The translations under genes and the position numbers were made by a program. Shown one piece after another: positions 1 through 13,633 of a stretch of DNA of 64,000 nt (position 1 is its first letter; every line of letters begins with the position of its first letter). The notes beneath the pieces were generated by a model. It worked only from the letters and a program-made list of their open reading frames with translations, was not told the origin of the DNA and did no database searches. This stretch comes from Moniliella sp. 'wahieum' (Eukaryota), in contig RSEE01000044.1 of NCBI GenBank assembly GCA_003971905.1, forward strand, positions 310,001 through 374,000. The letters are read 5' to 3'.

Positions 1-1611
1 TCAATCACCGTCAGGGAGTGGTAGAGCTGTTCCAAGGCAGATTCGTGCGCCATCTCGGTCTGGGCCTGGGCCCGGGCCTCGGTTCCTACTTCCTGGCTAT
101 CAGCCCATGCGAGGTTCGGCTGTGTAGCAGGGTGAGCAGCTGCCATGGCCGTTTCGGCAGCTTGCCGCATCTGTGCTGCGCGCGCACGGTCCTCGTCCGC
201 TGCTGTGAAGCCTGCCATGGAAGTGGCAGTGGAACCAGGGAGGACGACCATGTGCTGATCGTTTGCTTCTGCATCCGGCCCTGTTCGCAAGCCAGCCAGG
301 CGCAACGCCAATCGATCCGCCGCCACCGCACCAGTCTTGACATTCAACAATTCATCCACCACGCTCGGTTCCTCCAACCCGGCACCAACCATGAAGAGAA
401 CAGCGACCATGTGGCGGACTTGGTGGTAGAGGAACGCAGTGCCGCGTAGGTTGAGTACAAACATTTCTTCCCACTTCCCTTCCTCCCTCCGCTGGAGGAG
501 AAGCGCGGTTGTCGTCCGTGTATGCTTGAACCGTAGAACTCAGCGCTGGGTCGTCCCCCGGTACGCGACGGAGCGGCCAGCCAGGATCGACAAGGTCAAT
601 GCTCACCCCATCGATGCGACGACGAAAGTTGGTAATTTGTTTTTCCGGTACCATCTTGCACAAGTTGCGGAAATCGTGTTCGCCCAAGAAACGAGCGGCG
701 GCCTGGCGCATCGCACCAATGTTCAACTCACTCCCGGCATTGTGGATCCCAGGTACAGCCGTCGCGCTCAGACTCCGGAGCGCCGGGGGAGCGCCCGAAG
801 TGAAGAAGTACTTGTAGTGCCGGTAGCGACAGTCAAAGCGCGAGCTAAAGTCGGCCCGGACGGGAGACCAACCCGTAATCTGGATCGTGGAGGGAAGAAT
901 GCGGTTGAGCGTATGCACATATGGCAGTTCCTCGGTTGCTGGAACAAATGGGATTGGTCTCCCTTCCTTGTCCAGCAGCGGGGTGCGAAGTAATATTTCG
1001 TCCCTTTCCTCGGACCGCTTCATACCGCGCAACCATTCTCTCCGCTCTACCTTGCGCGCTTCCCACTCGTCCACACGCTTGCTTCGTAGCCACAAACTGA
1101 CCACTTGCCCAGCCGCTGATACACCGCGGTCCGTGCGCCCGCACCGGGAAAAGCCAGCTCCTTCCATCCCCTGTTCAGGGTCCACCAAACGCGCCTGCAC
1201 CAACGCGGTCCACAACACAGCTTCCACCGAGTTGGTCCCCGGACCTACTTGATCCGCTTTCCCCACCTCCCCAGGCACCAGCGGCAGCAACGTATCAATC
1301 CCATTCTGCGCCGCCAAGCCCAGGTACGGTTCCCCGTCGTAGCTGAACCGAAGCGCCACTTTGCGGCATGGGTGACTGAGCACTTTGAATGGCCGCGTAG
1401 GTTTCTTAGGCACCTTGGGTTCTCCCTTGAGTGCAGCAGCCCTTTTGGCCCGGAGCGAGGGGGCGGGCTGGAGCGGGGGTTGAGGCTCCTCCTCCGGGTT
1501 TCGTGGGGGGAAGGAAGGGGTGCGTGCCTCAGCTGCGAGCAGACGCTCAACCAGTTCCTCGTGGGAGAGCTTGGCGTACTCGGCCCGCTTGCTGGCCAGG
1601 TCGGAGGGCAT
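1..1611 (-). CDS. DEG1: tRNA pseudouridine(38/39) synthase, TruA family (Pus3/Deg1-like); 3' end runs off the window
   Basis: Motifs KVALRFSYDGEPYLGLAAQ, FSRCGRTDRGVSAAGQV (catalytic Asp), FSSRFDCRYRHYKYFF and FLGEHDFRNLCK. After a frameshift near 470 it continues as LRGTAFLYHQVRHMVAVLF. Likely ATG at 1611. Confidence 0.9.
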
Positions 1612-2191
1612 GGATGGTTGGGGGCAGGAGAGGGAGCGGAGGCTGCCAGCGTCGGGCGAGCAAGCGTCAGGATTCAGAGAGCCAGCACCGTAGGGCCGGC
1701 CGAGTGCTCTGCTCTGTACACACCTGAAAAAGAACAAAAATACTGCTGCAAGTGAAATGTTCACACGCCGAGGCTTGGCTGGTGCCCAGCGGACGAACGA
1801 CGGGGCCGCATCATCGACGTCGGCGGCTTAGGCTGCCCCGACCCCTAACGGCCATCCAGCCTTCACGCTCCACGCTACACTGCCCACTCCGACGGGGCCA
1901 GCCTACAACAGCAGCAACGGATGCACACCTCGGCCCACTCGTGATGCTCGCCGGGCTGATTCTGTGTCTAGTAGTACAATTTGATTGAGCACGAAAGAAA
2001 CGCGGCCGCCTGGGCAGGGCAAGCAGAACAGTTTTGGTACCAACCCACGCAAGGGAGGCTGGGAGGCGGGTAATCGAAAGGAGACGTGGCCCGTGTTATC
2101 CACACCCAAACGAACTGGAGCATTCTTGCGTCTCCCGTCAACGTTCAACATCCTCCGCCTTCCCCCTCATCCGGCTTTCGGAGACGGTAGC

Positions 2192-2747
2192 CTAGTCGGT
2201 GATCATCAGCTCTTCTACCGACCAGTCTTCGTAGCTCCCATCCGGGAGGTAGCGCCGGATAACAAGCGGCACCTTCTTGGCTTGCAGCTCCTTCATCGCG
2301 ATTGCCAACGGGTCTGTCTCGCCCTCGACAGGAACAAGGACGGGAGCATTCATGCTAAGTGCGCAGGTGCGCAAAAGGCGCGTAGGTCAGTGGTCCAGTC
2401 TTCCTCGGTTTCCGTCCGCTCCATCTGGTCCATCCCTACTCCCCCCCCCCCCTACCCCCACAAAACACAAACAAAAGGCAAATACCAACGTACCTAATCT
2501 GCAACGCACGGGTACCCAAAATACGTGCGCGCTCGTATTTGGTCATGTAGGGTGTGGTCGAGCGCTGGTCCTTGGGCACCGCACGCGACACTTCTCCGTC
2601 CAACGGTTGCCCCGACTCCACCACGTTCTCCTCCAGCGGGTTGAAGTTGGCTTCGTCTTGCTGCTCCTCAATCATCTCCTGGTCAAACTCGTCGGCATCA
2701 TTGAGGTACGCATCCTCGGCGCCAAAGTCACCCTCGTGGTCGCTCAT
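2192..2747 (-). CDS. RPO26: RNA polymerase I/II/III shared subunit RPABC2 (Rpb6); one intron at 2355-2493
   Basis: Exon 1 [21 protein letters not shown] joins exon 2 [51 protein letters not shown] donor, CTGAC branch and TAG acceptor are present. Confidence 0.96.
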
Positions 2748-3472
2748 CGTGGTGGTGGGAAGGCGACGCCAGACCGAGCTCCCGCCTGGGCGAAGAGAAA
2801 AAAAACCGCGGGTTACCTAATGCTCGGCCGGATGTTGCAACGTTGCAGTGTTGCCTCTGATTCAGAGCCTCAGGCCGCCTCAGCGCCTCAGATCCATGGA
2901 TGGGGATGCATGCTGCGGTGGGATGCATGACGCATGATGCGCTCGGTTCCAACGAGATTACATAACCCCCTCCTTGCTAATGCTGCGGCGAGTTGCGCTC
3001 GAGAGACTCGATAGGAAAGCCGTGTTGCCTTGGCGTGGCACGTCTCTCATCGAGTGCCACGGACGGCCCCTCTGCTGCACCCGCCTCCTCGGCACGTCTA
3101 TCAGATCTCAGAGGCCTACCTCCTGCCAGACCAGGGGGGAAGGAATATACAAGGCCAGATTTTCTTTTATAAGGAGCGGCATCATCAGGCGTAGGATACA
3201 GTGCCACATTGTCGTCCCAGCGACAAGAGAGCCGGCTGGGAAGGGAAGGGAAGAAAAGAACAGGGACGAGCAAGGAAGGAGAGAGAGGGGATAACTGAGG
3301 TGCGTATAGATTGTTACGGAGAGACAAAGTAAACGAGAGAATGAAGGTGTTTATAGTGTGCCAAAGTATGGTCGAAACGTGGTCGAAACAGTGTCCAATC
3401 AGCACCTCAAAACGGTCTTGAGGCACAGGAGAGAGAGAAAAAAAAAGCCAAAATCCATCAACAACCAAGGAA

Positions 3473-5566
3473 TCAGGCCAGCTGCATCCGTCCCAGGGCC
3501 TCCACCGCTTCGGTCTCGGCGTTGAGTACGGTCTTGGTCTCGGCCTCAGACCCAGTCGGCGGCCTGTTGAGCGCAAGAGGATACGGATACGGATCAGCGC
3601 CGCATGCGCTTCCAGTTGCGTTTTGCTCAGTGGCGCCGGAAGGGAGACCACTGCAGCCTCGGGTGAGGAGACGGGGGTGCTGTTGGCCAAGCACAAATCG
3701 TCCGACGACGCATCCGATTCGGGATCAGAGGATGCCACTCCTGCCACACCCGCCACCCGCGACGAAATGCGAGAGCCAGTAGGCAAAGCGCGGCCCAGAG
3801 GGTGGGAAGTAAGGTACTGGTCCGGCGTGCTGTGGGCCGTGTGGCCCGGCGCAATTTGAGGAATCTGCGAGTAGGATGTCGACGGTGCAACGGGGGTGAG
3901 CGCGGGGTGGAAGAGCATGTCCCACGCAGCCGTATCAGCAGGTGCGGGTCCAGTGGTCTTGGGCGCAGTGGGCTGAGTGGACGCAGTTGGCCCAGTGAAA
4001 ATGCTAGGATCAAACCCAAGGATGGAAGCCAACCCGTCCTTCTTGAGTTGCTCATGCTGAATGGCAGGGGCTCGGTGGGGAACGGCGAGGCAGGCGACGG
4101 GCTGTCGTGCGGCGTCGAGACAGATTGGTCGGCGGAAGAGGGCGAGGTGCCCATCGAGCTAGGCGACTTGGGCGAAGAAGAGAACAAATGGACTGCTTTG
4201 GCCGCTTCCTGCACAGGAGAGTTGGTGGCGTACAGCGCCATCCCCGGGCTGGGCGCAGTCACAGACACTGGCACACTCGGTGGCACGGCAGGTACATGGG
4301 TTGTTGCTCCGTCATGGTCAGTCCCGGGGTCGAAGCTGGAGCGGGAGCTACGGTGGTCGAGGAGGGAGCCGCTGTTGCTCCATAAACGTTTGCAGCTCCA
4401 TCGCCACACTGTGCCCGAGCTTGAGGAAAAACTCATTGAGCGTACCCAAATCTTGCGGCGCCGAGGGAGCGGGGGCAGAGGCGTTCATCACCTGACCAGC
4501 CGTGCTGGAGGTGCGAGGCATCAAGGCTTGCGTCACAGCCGCCGAGGGTGCTTGCATAGACGGCACAGCAGGATAGGCACCAGTGTATGAGCTTGGAACC
4601 GGTGCCGGCGTCGGGGTATGACTACTGGCTGGCGCTTGGATCTGCGGGGTAGGAGCGGGGGGGCGCTCTTCCTGAACAGCCTGAAGGAGGGAAACAAACG
4701 CCTTCTCATCCAGATTGTTGCCTTGGAACACATCTTGCAGCCTTTGTGCCATCGCTGTGCGAAGCAGAGTAAAATGTCAGAAAACAATCAAGCAAATCAA
4801 AGAAAGTAAGGTAAACACAGCATGACATACATGAATCGTACGTTGGCGCAACTTTGCGTCGGCGAATATCGCTCGCCAAACTCTGCATTGCCTCGTGAGC
4901 CCTGTCGCGCTTCCCGAGTACTGTGCTCTCTGGCACGGATGGGTAGGTTCCCGAGGCAGCAGGGGAGATGGCCAGCGGAGCAGGGTACAACCCCTGGGAC
5001 TCTCGGGCCAGAGGAACATGCACGTTGAACCGGTTCTGGGTGGGCACAGCTGGCACGGCCGACGGCTGTGCTGGCATGGCGGTGGGCGTGAAGGGGACAC
5101 TAGGGTAGACAGGGCCAGCGGGGGCAGAGGCGAGGTCTTGGCTGTATGTCGGGGTGCGTAGTGTGGGATCGGAGTGGGCCACATGGGCGGTTGCCCGGGC
5201 GAGCGACGGTGGAAGCGCGCATGCTTCTTCAGGTCCTGGGGGCGCTTGAAACTGCGTCCACACCATTACACAAGTGGGGTTTGAGAGGCACATGGACACG
5301 CAGGTGGCTCGTGACGTGGTCCCGCTTCGCGCAGGACACCTTGCAGTCTTTCCACTTGCACGTGAGGCAGAGGTTGCGGGTCGACTTGCGGCCAACGTGG
5401 TCCTCGCACAAGTGGGTAAAGAGGGGCTCAGCCGACGCAAACACCCGGTTGCACCCTTCCCACCGGCAGGGGTGGAGTGCGGGGCGGGCGTCGAGGCTCG
5501 GGGCGAGGTAGGCTGGGGCGCAGCCGGGCGGGGGAAGCCAAAGGGCGGCGGCGCATGGATGGGCAT
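3473..5566 (-). CDS. RIM101: pH-response C2H2 zinc-finger transcription factor PacC/Rim101 (frameshifted; short intron near 4760-4825)
   Basis: [49 protein letters not shown] followed by [10 protein letters not shown] is the PacC finger signature. [12 protein letters not shown] and LNEFFLKLG blocks follow. The C-terminal end is inferred across frameshifts. Confidence 0.9.
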
Positions 5567-6882
5567 GGCGAGGTGAGGGTCAAAGTGCGGGTGGGGAGCG
5601 GTGCGGGAGCGGGTGGGCGCGAGCCATGGCGGCAGGGGGGCTGATGCGGATGCGGTGGCGGTGGAACGCGGGACAGGAAGTGGGGGGGGGGGGATGTGTG
5701 GTGGAGAGAGGCAGGAGGCGGTGGCGGCGGAGGGGCGGGGCGTGAGGAGGAGGTGGCAGCAGGGGAGGCAGGGGGGGGCTGAGTGAGGACGGATGGATGC
5801 GGATGGCCGAATGCCGACATGTGCACATGCGGCCTGGCCAAGCTCCGGGAGAAACCTTGGAAGCTTAGTGCGGCCGTGTGCCGCGCTGCGTCGGCGGGCG
5901 AGCGCGGGGGGTGTAAGGGGGTGGTGCACGGGGGCAGCGTGGCGTTTGTTGCCAAGCCGTAGCGACTCGGGGCGGCCAGCAGCGGCACCAGGCGGCACTG
6001 CGGCGGCCGTGCGGCGTCGCAACACACAGGGTCCAGTTCAGTGGCGGCTCAGTACCAATGTTCAATATTCAATGTTCAATGCACAGAGCCTGGCCAGAGC
6101 ATGAGCGGCCCTGTGCTGCCCGTGGCCGGGCGCCGGAGAGGACGCTTGAGGCCCGAGGACAGCGCGACGGCATGAGGCAAATTTGGCGCGGCACCAACAG
6201 GTGTGCCCTACAATAACCCAAGTGCGCTGTTCTGGGCCCTCTGCTTTGCAGGGCAACTGGGCCGGCTGCCCGTCCCTCGGCGGAGCCTATAACCCAGCAT
6301 TGGATGCTCGATGCCCCCAGGGCGCTTCCCAGCAACCCCACCCCACTGCGTCCATCCCCCCGCTCTTGTGCTCTGCCTGCTCCGGCCCCTGCGCCTGCGT
6401 CGAGGATGGGGTGACTGCCATCCAGCCGGCTGGCTGCATGTCCTCCGAAGAATCTGATGCTCTTCCGCCCACGCACGTGCGCTGATACCTTGATGCCCTA
6501 AGGCAGAGGGCCTAAGGCTAAGGCCCAATGCACTAATGTCCAATTCGATGTGTAGTTCCTCTCTGCTTTTCAGGTGCGAGGATGCGTGCATGACCGAGTA
6601 GCACTGCCGGATGCTCTTCCCCTTTGCTATTGATGGCTCATGTCGTAGCATGCCACGTAGTACTGCCTGCTGCTTGACGCGGCCCCTTTTGTTACCCATG
6701 TCCCTTGCGGTGGCAATCCCTCCCGCGCGGCTGGCTCATCTGGTCCTGCTATCAAATGCCTCGCCTCGTGGGAAAAGAAGGAAGTATGGTCATTGTAGGT
6801 AGAATTAAAAAGTCCCTCCCCCCGCCCCCAGCCGGGGGAAGAGCCATTATGCGCACCTGCAACGGTGCGACAGGCGTCTGGC

Positions 6883-8458
6883 TCACGCGTCAATCAGAGT
6901 GCCCTCGGCCGCCGAGTCACGCGTGCCCTTGTCCTTCTTCTCCGCGTCCTCCTTGAGAGCCTGGTCTGCCTTGGCCGACTTGCGCGCATAGTACTCCTTG
7001 ATGATCTTGGGGTTGATCCGGTTGAGCATCTCCTTGGGCATGATGCGCAGCAGCGACCAAGCCAGGTCGAGCGAGTCAAAGATGGTGCGCGTCTCGTACG
7101 CACCTTGCGACACAAACTGTTTCTCAAACTTGTCCAGAAACTCGAGCGAGAGCTTGTCTTCGGCGCTCAGCGCATCTCTCCCACCACCGCCTTCATCGCC
7201 GCCGCGTCGCGACCAATGGCGTAGTTGGCGTACAGCTGGTTCGACACATCGCCGTGGTCCGCACGCGTGTGCTTCGGCCCAATGGCCGACTTCATCAGCC
7301 GCGAAAGCGAGGGTAGCACATTGATCGGCGGGTAGATCTGCCGGTTCTGCAGCTGCCGGTCGACGTAGATCTGCCCCTCGGTAATGTACCCCGTCAAGTC
7401 GGGAATGGGGTGCGTCATGTCGTCGTTGGGCATGGTCAGAATCGGAATCTGGGTAATCGATCCGTTCCGCCCCTGCACACGACCGGCACGCTCGTAAATG
7501 TTGGCCAAGTCCGTGTACATGTACCCGGGGTACCCACGACGACCAGGCACCTCCTCTCGCGCCGCCGACACCTCACGCAGCGCGTCGGCATACGACGTCA
7601 TGTCGGTCAACACGACAAGCACGTGTCTCCAGTTGGTAGGCAAAGTATTCGGCCGTGGTAAGCGCGAGACGCGGGGTGATGATACGCTCAATTGTAGGGT
7701 CGTTGGCCAAGTTGAGGAAGAGCGTGACACGGTCCAAGGAGCCGTTCGACTCAAAGTCGTTCTTAAAGAACCGCGCCGTCTCCATATTGACACCCATGGC
7801 GGCAAAGACAATGTTAAAGTTGTCCTCGTGCGTGTCGTGGATGCCCTTGCTGCCACCGGGGCGACGGACAAGACCAGCCTGCCGGCAAATCTGCGCGGCA
7901 ATCTCATTGTGCGGCAGACCGGCGGCAGAGAAGATGGGAATCTTTTGGCCACGGGCAATCGAGTTCATCACGTCAATCGTGCTGATGCCGGTCTGGATCA
8001 TCTCCTCGGGATAGATACGCGCATAGGGGTTGATGGGGGAGCCGTTGATGTCCAAATAGTCTTCGGCAAACACCTTGGGACCATTGTCGACAGGGTTACC
8101 CGAACCATTAAAGATACGGCCCAGCATGTCCTCCGACACGGGCAGCTTCATGCTGGCCCCGGTAAACTCAATGTGGGAGCGGGCCACATCAATGCCGCTG
8201 GTACCCTCAAACACTTGCACCACGGCCTTGTTGCCGGCGACCTCGAGGACCTGGCCGCCGCGCTTGGAGCCGTCGGGGAGCGTAAGGCTGACAATCTCGT
8301 AGTAGCTGGGGAACTTTACATTCTCGAGCACAACCAGGGGTCCGTTGATGGCACTGATCGTGCGATAGTCGACACGGGGCTCGACGTTGAAGTTGCGCAC
8401 GGCAGCGGAGGCGTTGAGCTGGAAGAGCTCGGCGTCGCTGAGGAGGGGGGTCGGACAT
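6883..8458 (-). CDS. VMA2: V-type H+-ATPase subunit B (frameshifted near 8445, 7625 and 7175)
   Basis: [83 protein letters not shown] and [22 protein letters not shown]. Confidence 0.97.
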
Positions 8459-8778
8459 GGCGGACAGCAGCAGCGACGGCGGAGGCAGAGGGGCAGGGTG
8501 GGGGGGGTGAGCCGAGGCGGTGGAGGAAGGCGAACGGGGAGGAGGGCAGAGGGGCGGGCGGGGCCAGCGGGCATGCACGGCCGCAAATCCAAACGAACGC
8601 CCGCCGGCCGCACCGCCGCCCATCGAACTCGGCGGAACGCAGAGTGCGCGCAGGGGCAGTGTGCTTGCGCCGGGGCGGAATGGCGGGCAGCACCGCGGCC
8701 ACATGAAACGTTTCGAGGCGAGCGCACGACAGCGTCATGCGTCACCGCGTCACCCGTCACTGCACCGGGCCCCGCTCG

Positions 8779-8786
8779 CACGTGAC
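8779..8786. promoter_or_regulatory. E-box CACGTGAC in the divergent VMA2/F-box promoter
   Basis: Exact GTCACGTG-type bHLH (Cbf1/USF-like) site. The same motif recurs in other promoters of this window. Confidence 0.4.
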
Positions 8787-8938
8787 ATGGAGGCACTATT
8801 TATGCGACAGGAATACGAACGCCTGCCTGGACCGAGTGAGTCAAGCACGAGTCATAGTCCTGCCTTATGCGGCCAGCGCCTGTTCTCTCGGGCGGCTGCC
8901 ACGCTCATCCAACACCCCGCTAACCCGCCCCGTCCACC

Positions 8939-10443
8939 ATGCCCATCCACCTGCCCGAGCTGGTGTGGTGGGACATCTTGTCCTGCCGCGTGCTCACCAT
9001 TCCAGAGCTCGTCCGCCTCGAGTCGCTGAGCAAGCATATGCGTGCCGTCGTCCGGCACGAGTGGTTGTGGCGGCGCCTGGCACGCTCGCTCCAGCTTACC
9101 GAGCCCGGGCAGCTATTCGGTCCTGCCCGCGCCACACACATCAAGGCCGACCGTATCAGCTCAGCCGCATGGAAGAAGGTCAAGACTTGGCGCGACGTCG
9201 TGCTCATGGAAGAAGGGATGGCGCAGCAGGTGGGCCGCACCCTGATTGCTACCCCCGGCTCACGCGGGCACCCCAAGCGGCCCGTAACGATGGCACGATA
9301 CGTATGCGTGGTGCAGCTTGTTCCATGGGAAATCGAAAACACACCGACCCCTACCATCCTTCCCTCGTTCGGTGTGATGCTGCTGCTCAACGCGGCGGGC
9401 TACCGCACCGTCTCTCTTCGTACAGGTGAGGTGGTTATGGACTGCGTCAAGGGTGCCAGCGGATTCAACGATCCTGATGATGTAGAAGAATATGCTGATG
9501 AGCTGGACGCCCCCCCACTGATCCATGGGACGGAGGTGGCGTTCGATACCGACCGATCTTGGCTGGTCAAACCATCATCTACTCCACTTCCACTTTGACG
9601 AGGCAAGCGGGTCGCTACTCCCCACTTCTCCGCAGACACCAACCGCAGCCAATGGAACCTGGGGCTGGAGGAGGGGGCGGGGTCTAGTGAAGAATATTTC
9701 GAGCAAGATGCTTTTCCGTTTCCGATCTTATACCTCAGGCTTATACAAAGGACCGGGCATACCACCACCATCAAGGCAGAGAGTTCTTTGCCTGGGATTT
9801 GGTTAAAAGGAAGTGCCTCTGGACCTTCAATTCTTCCCATTCGTGGTTGCCGAAACTTCCTGTTCAAGTGTGGGATGCCCAGCAATCTGGGGGTCCTTTC
9901 CTCCGCTTGGTCCATAACACCTTACAGCCCAATTGGTCAAGCTCGCTGACGGAGGTGTGCCTGATTGATCCCACAACGGGCGCGGTGGCATGGTTTATGA
10001 AGAAGGGCTCCTGTTCGTGCAGGACTGGGGCAAAGGACCTGAGGGTCATTTCATCTGGCTCCCGTCCGAGGCAGACGAGGTCAACACGATCCGAGCCGAT
10101 AGGGGAGTGGACAAGCACTGTGCGGACGGGGTCTGCACCTTACCTTTTAGACTGGCAAGAGAGAGAAGCGACGGTGATCCAGGACGAGGAAGGTATCGCG
10201 CTTCCTGGACTGACGCTTGGCTGCTTCGACGCGATAGATCCCGTCTTACTCTCTTCTCCTCCCACTACCGCAACTGCAGAGAGAGTCGCCGATCTATTCT
10301 GTGCGGCAGCAGATCCTATTCAGGGACAGTCACCACGACTCATGTCAGTGAAGGTAGCTCCGCATGCGGTGTACGCTACCATTCGGCTCTGTCGTCCTCG
10401 TGTCGGAGATGACGACGAGTTCTATATTGTGGTTGTCTGTTGA
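8939..10443 (+). CDS. Putative F-box protein with unrecognised C-terminal domain (frameshifted)
   Basis: The N-terminus LPELVWWDILSCRVLTIPELVRLESLSKHMRAVVRHEWLWRRL fits the F-box pattern. Coding-like ORFs continue at 8939-9598 and 9799-10443. Confidence 0.6.
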
Positions 10444-10645
10444 GATCTGGCTGCTTCGGCCTGGTCTTATTTCCACCCTGGGGACATCTTGACTCCTTGA
10501 TCTCTATGGCAACGTGTATTTCTTTCTGTGCTTTTCATCGTCACTGCCACTGCAACTCGTGATGCGTAATCAAAAACCTGTTCGCCTCGGTATCATCCCC
10601 TCCATTGGGATCAGATAGTCGGGAATTGCGGTAAATGAGTAAGTC

Positions 10646-10910
10646 CTGATGAGATCTGGAGTCCTGGTGGTCTTCGAGAGTGATTCAAAGGCACTAGTGG
10701 TAGTGGTGGCGGTCGTCTCAGCCACAGCGAAAAACACTTACCGAGGGACAACCAACAGCCTGTTTCCCCACCAGGGGCTCTATATGCTGCAGAACAAGGC
10801 AAACAGAAGTGAGAAAACAAAACGCAACTCCTACTATGCCTGAGAAGGGACACTGAAGTGACCTCGGTCAAACACACTGACTAGCCATACAGGGTGGCTC
10901 AAGGAACTGC
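10646..10910. repeat. Dispersed repeat, copy A (diverged direct copy at 43308-43545)
   Basis: Shared colinear words: ctgatgaga(t/c)ctggagt, ccaccaggg, tatgctgcagaacaagg, aaacagaag, gcctgag and tggctcaa. Confidence 0.7.
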
Positions 10911-13106
10911 TTTCTAAGAGGGTCTTACCACCCAGGCGCTATCAACGTTCAAGTATCAATATCCCCACCTGATGACACAAAGACGGCCGTAGGTAAGAGC
11001 GCCAACATGGATAAATGATCGACCCATTCACCTTCGCCTTCGGCCGCCAGGCGGCCAAACATCACCACGGCCTCACCCTGTCCACACGGACCGCGTGGAA
11101 ATGGTACCCCACCTGGCGCCACCCAAACCCCGCCACGACGAACAACAACCTAATATGAGGTTGATTCTTTTAGGGAACCCAAAGTGCAATGATTATAGCA
11201 CTTTCCGACGCAGGGACGTTGGGCCTAGAGACTCCCTGGATGGTCCCAACTTACCTTGTATTTCTGTCCACCGTCCTCGAATGCGACCTTTTCGCAGAAT
11301 TCATGCTCCTCATCGTGCTCAGTAACCAGATATTCATAATGGGACTGTTCCTGGGACGTGAGCGGTTGTGAGCCTCGTCCCGCTCGACCCCCTTGCCTAA
11401 ACTTGACGGCGGCGGAGGGGATGGCTTCACTAGCCGTGTTAAGACGGTTAACTAACTGTTTGCGTCAATGAACCCTCCCCTCCCTTGCCGCCTCTTCCCC
11501 GCCTCCCTTTTTTTCCCTACTCCACTGGTTGATACCCCTCCCCTCCTTCTTCGGCCCATATGTAGTCTCCATCCGGACCACTCGCACCCATTTCCCGCAT
11601 CGCCCCTGCCAGTGGCATTCAGAACTACAGATAGGGTGTCCCGTCCGCACATCCCTCGTTGCCTACGATGCCTGCGACCGCACTGTCTCGCTTGGTTGGC
11701 CTGCCCCTTTAACCACGACAAAGTCTATACCGAAACGCGTTTGGCCTATCTTTTATGGCTTCTGGCCTCTTCGGATATAGAAGTGAGCCCAGCGAGACTC
11801 TGCAGGAAACCCCGCCCATTGCCAGCCAGAGCCAAGGCCGTGGGGGTACTAGTACCACCTCAAGCAAGACTCCAGGTAAACAATACCCACGGATGAGGTC
11901 GGAGGCCAAAAGCCAGAGGCAGAGGTCTGGGAGGGTCCACCTTTGGGTGGACATGGTTTGAGGTCAGTGAAGTGACCATATATGTAGCGGGCACCAGGAA
12001 GTCTCCCAAAAGTCAACATTGGTCAAGTGGCTCATGTGAGCTGTGACATGTGAGGACGAGCGACCAAGTAGTAGATTGTACAAATTTTGTGTGGTAGGAG
12101 GGTTCCGACGGCTGTTAGAATTAGGCCTCGCCTTGTAGGTCGACTACGCTTGCCGAGACGAATCTTTATTTCACCGTCCGTGGAAATCTCACGATGGCCC
12201 GGCCTCTCAGTGGACCTCCGTGACCCTCACTCTCATCTTGATCCTTGTTCAAGGTGCTTGTTTCGCACACCACTCCTTCCCGAAGCTCATCTACAACTCA
12301 TCAGCGTTTGTTCTACAGTTTCCTTTACCCCGTTGGACGGATTCGCTTGACCCAGAGCCTGCCCATACCGGCACACCTTCCGCCCGTGGTTCCCATTCGG
12401 CGACGTTTTCACAGTTGAGTTCAACGAAAAGCAAGGGAACCCTTGTTCCTCAGCCCTTGCCCGCCCATCTTTTTACTGTCCTTCTTTCTGCGTAGTGGTG
12501 CCCAAATGTCAAAACATGTATGATTTTCGGATCGGAAAGGTAGCCATGATTGTGAGATGGGATTTAATTGATGATTCAAAGGAGCTTCCTACCAGGCTCA
12601 ACGCATAGGATCCAATGGGTCATGGCCACCGTGACCGGGCGACAGCCTGGATGACAGATGACCGAGGGCCCGACGGTCCCGTTCGGTCTGTTAGATCTTT
12701 TACTTACATCCCATGTGCATATACCCTCCTCCCTCTTTATCGATTATCACCTGACTGCCCTGGTCCTGATCGCGAAGTAGAAGCTGCGCCAAGGACAGTG
12801 CAGCCACCCCGGTAGCCTGACCTGCCTTGGTGCTGGCCATGGGTCTGTCGCTTCTAGCCATTTGGTGAGGGTGTAGTGCGGGGGGGTTAGGGGGGGCAGC
12901 ATCAGTGCCTTACCCAATTTGCTCTGCTTTAGCCCCGATGCCTAACGCCAACCTGCCTTCGGGTATCTTCCCTTCCTTGTTGGTTGATTATTGATCCGTG
13001 GGCCCATCCTTCCGGCTTGCTGGCTTCACGCTCTACGACGCTTTCCAGGACAGAATTGGTAGGGCAACAATGATTCCCCATCTTTGCGTGCCATGACGGT
13101 TTAGAC

Positions 13107-13633
13107 TTAGCTCGCTGTGTAGGCTCAGGGTCAGTGCAGGTCCCAAAGCAGTGACAAGAAAAATGCACCTTCAGGAGTCTTGGAAATGTACTCAATTGCT
13201 TGCGGCACCGTCACGATCTCGTCCGCCTCGGCATCGGGAATTTCCTAGCACGTGGTACAGGTTAGTAGGCGGCCAGAGCAGAGGAACACATGGTGAGGAA
13301 AAAGGAGCAGGAAGGTGATGCGGGAAATGTGCAAGACAACTGAATCAAACGTACAATGTTGAACTCCTCCTCAATGGCCATGAGAACCTCGACGCTGTCG
13401 GCTGCTGTCGAAGCCCAACTCGGTAAGGTGGCCGAGGTGTTGAGTGGTCGGGGGTAACCTTGTCAAAGCTCTGAGCACGTCGAGGATGCGCGACGAGATG
13501 TCCTCCTTCGACAACGTTGACGAGCTGTACATGCGCATCGCCACAACCGGCTGCATCATGCGCACGGCGGCGGGCGCCGAGGCGGCACGGAGGAGCGGCA
13601 CACGAAGAAGCGACGGGCGGCAATGGACAGCAT
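13107..13633 (-). CDS. ACP1: Mitochondrial acyl carrier protein (NDUFAB1/Acp1); two introns, frameshifted
   Basis: Presequence MLSIAARR, then LSKEDISSRILDVL, ELGFDS..VEVLMAIEEEFNI (phosphopantetheine Ser motif) and exon EIPDAEADEIVTVPQAIEYISKTPE. A final micro-exon follows CTGAC...CAG and ends in TAA at 13107. Confidence 0.9.

Noticed and set aside
7498..8706. Long antisense and alternative-frame ORFs (e.g. 7498-8706 +, 23516-25972 +, 4706-6025 -)
   Set aside because: They are shadows of real genes in GC-rich, codon-biased DNA, or frameshift mosaics.
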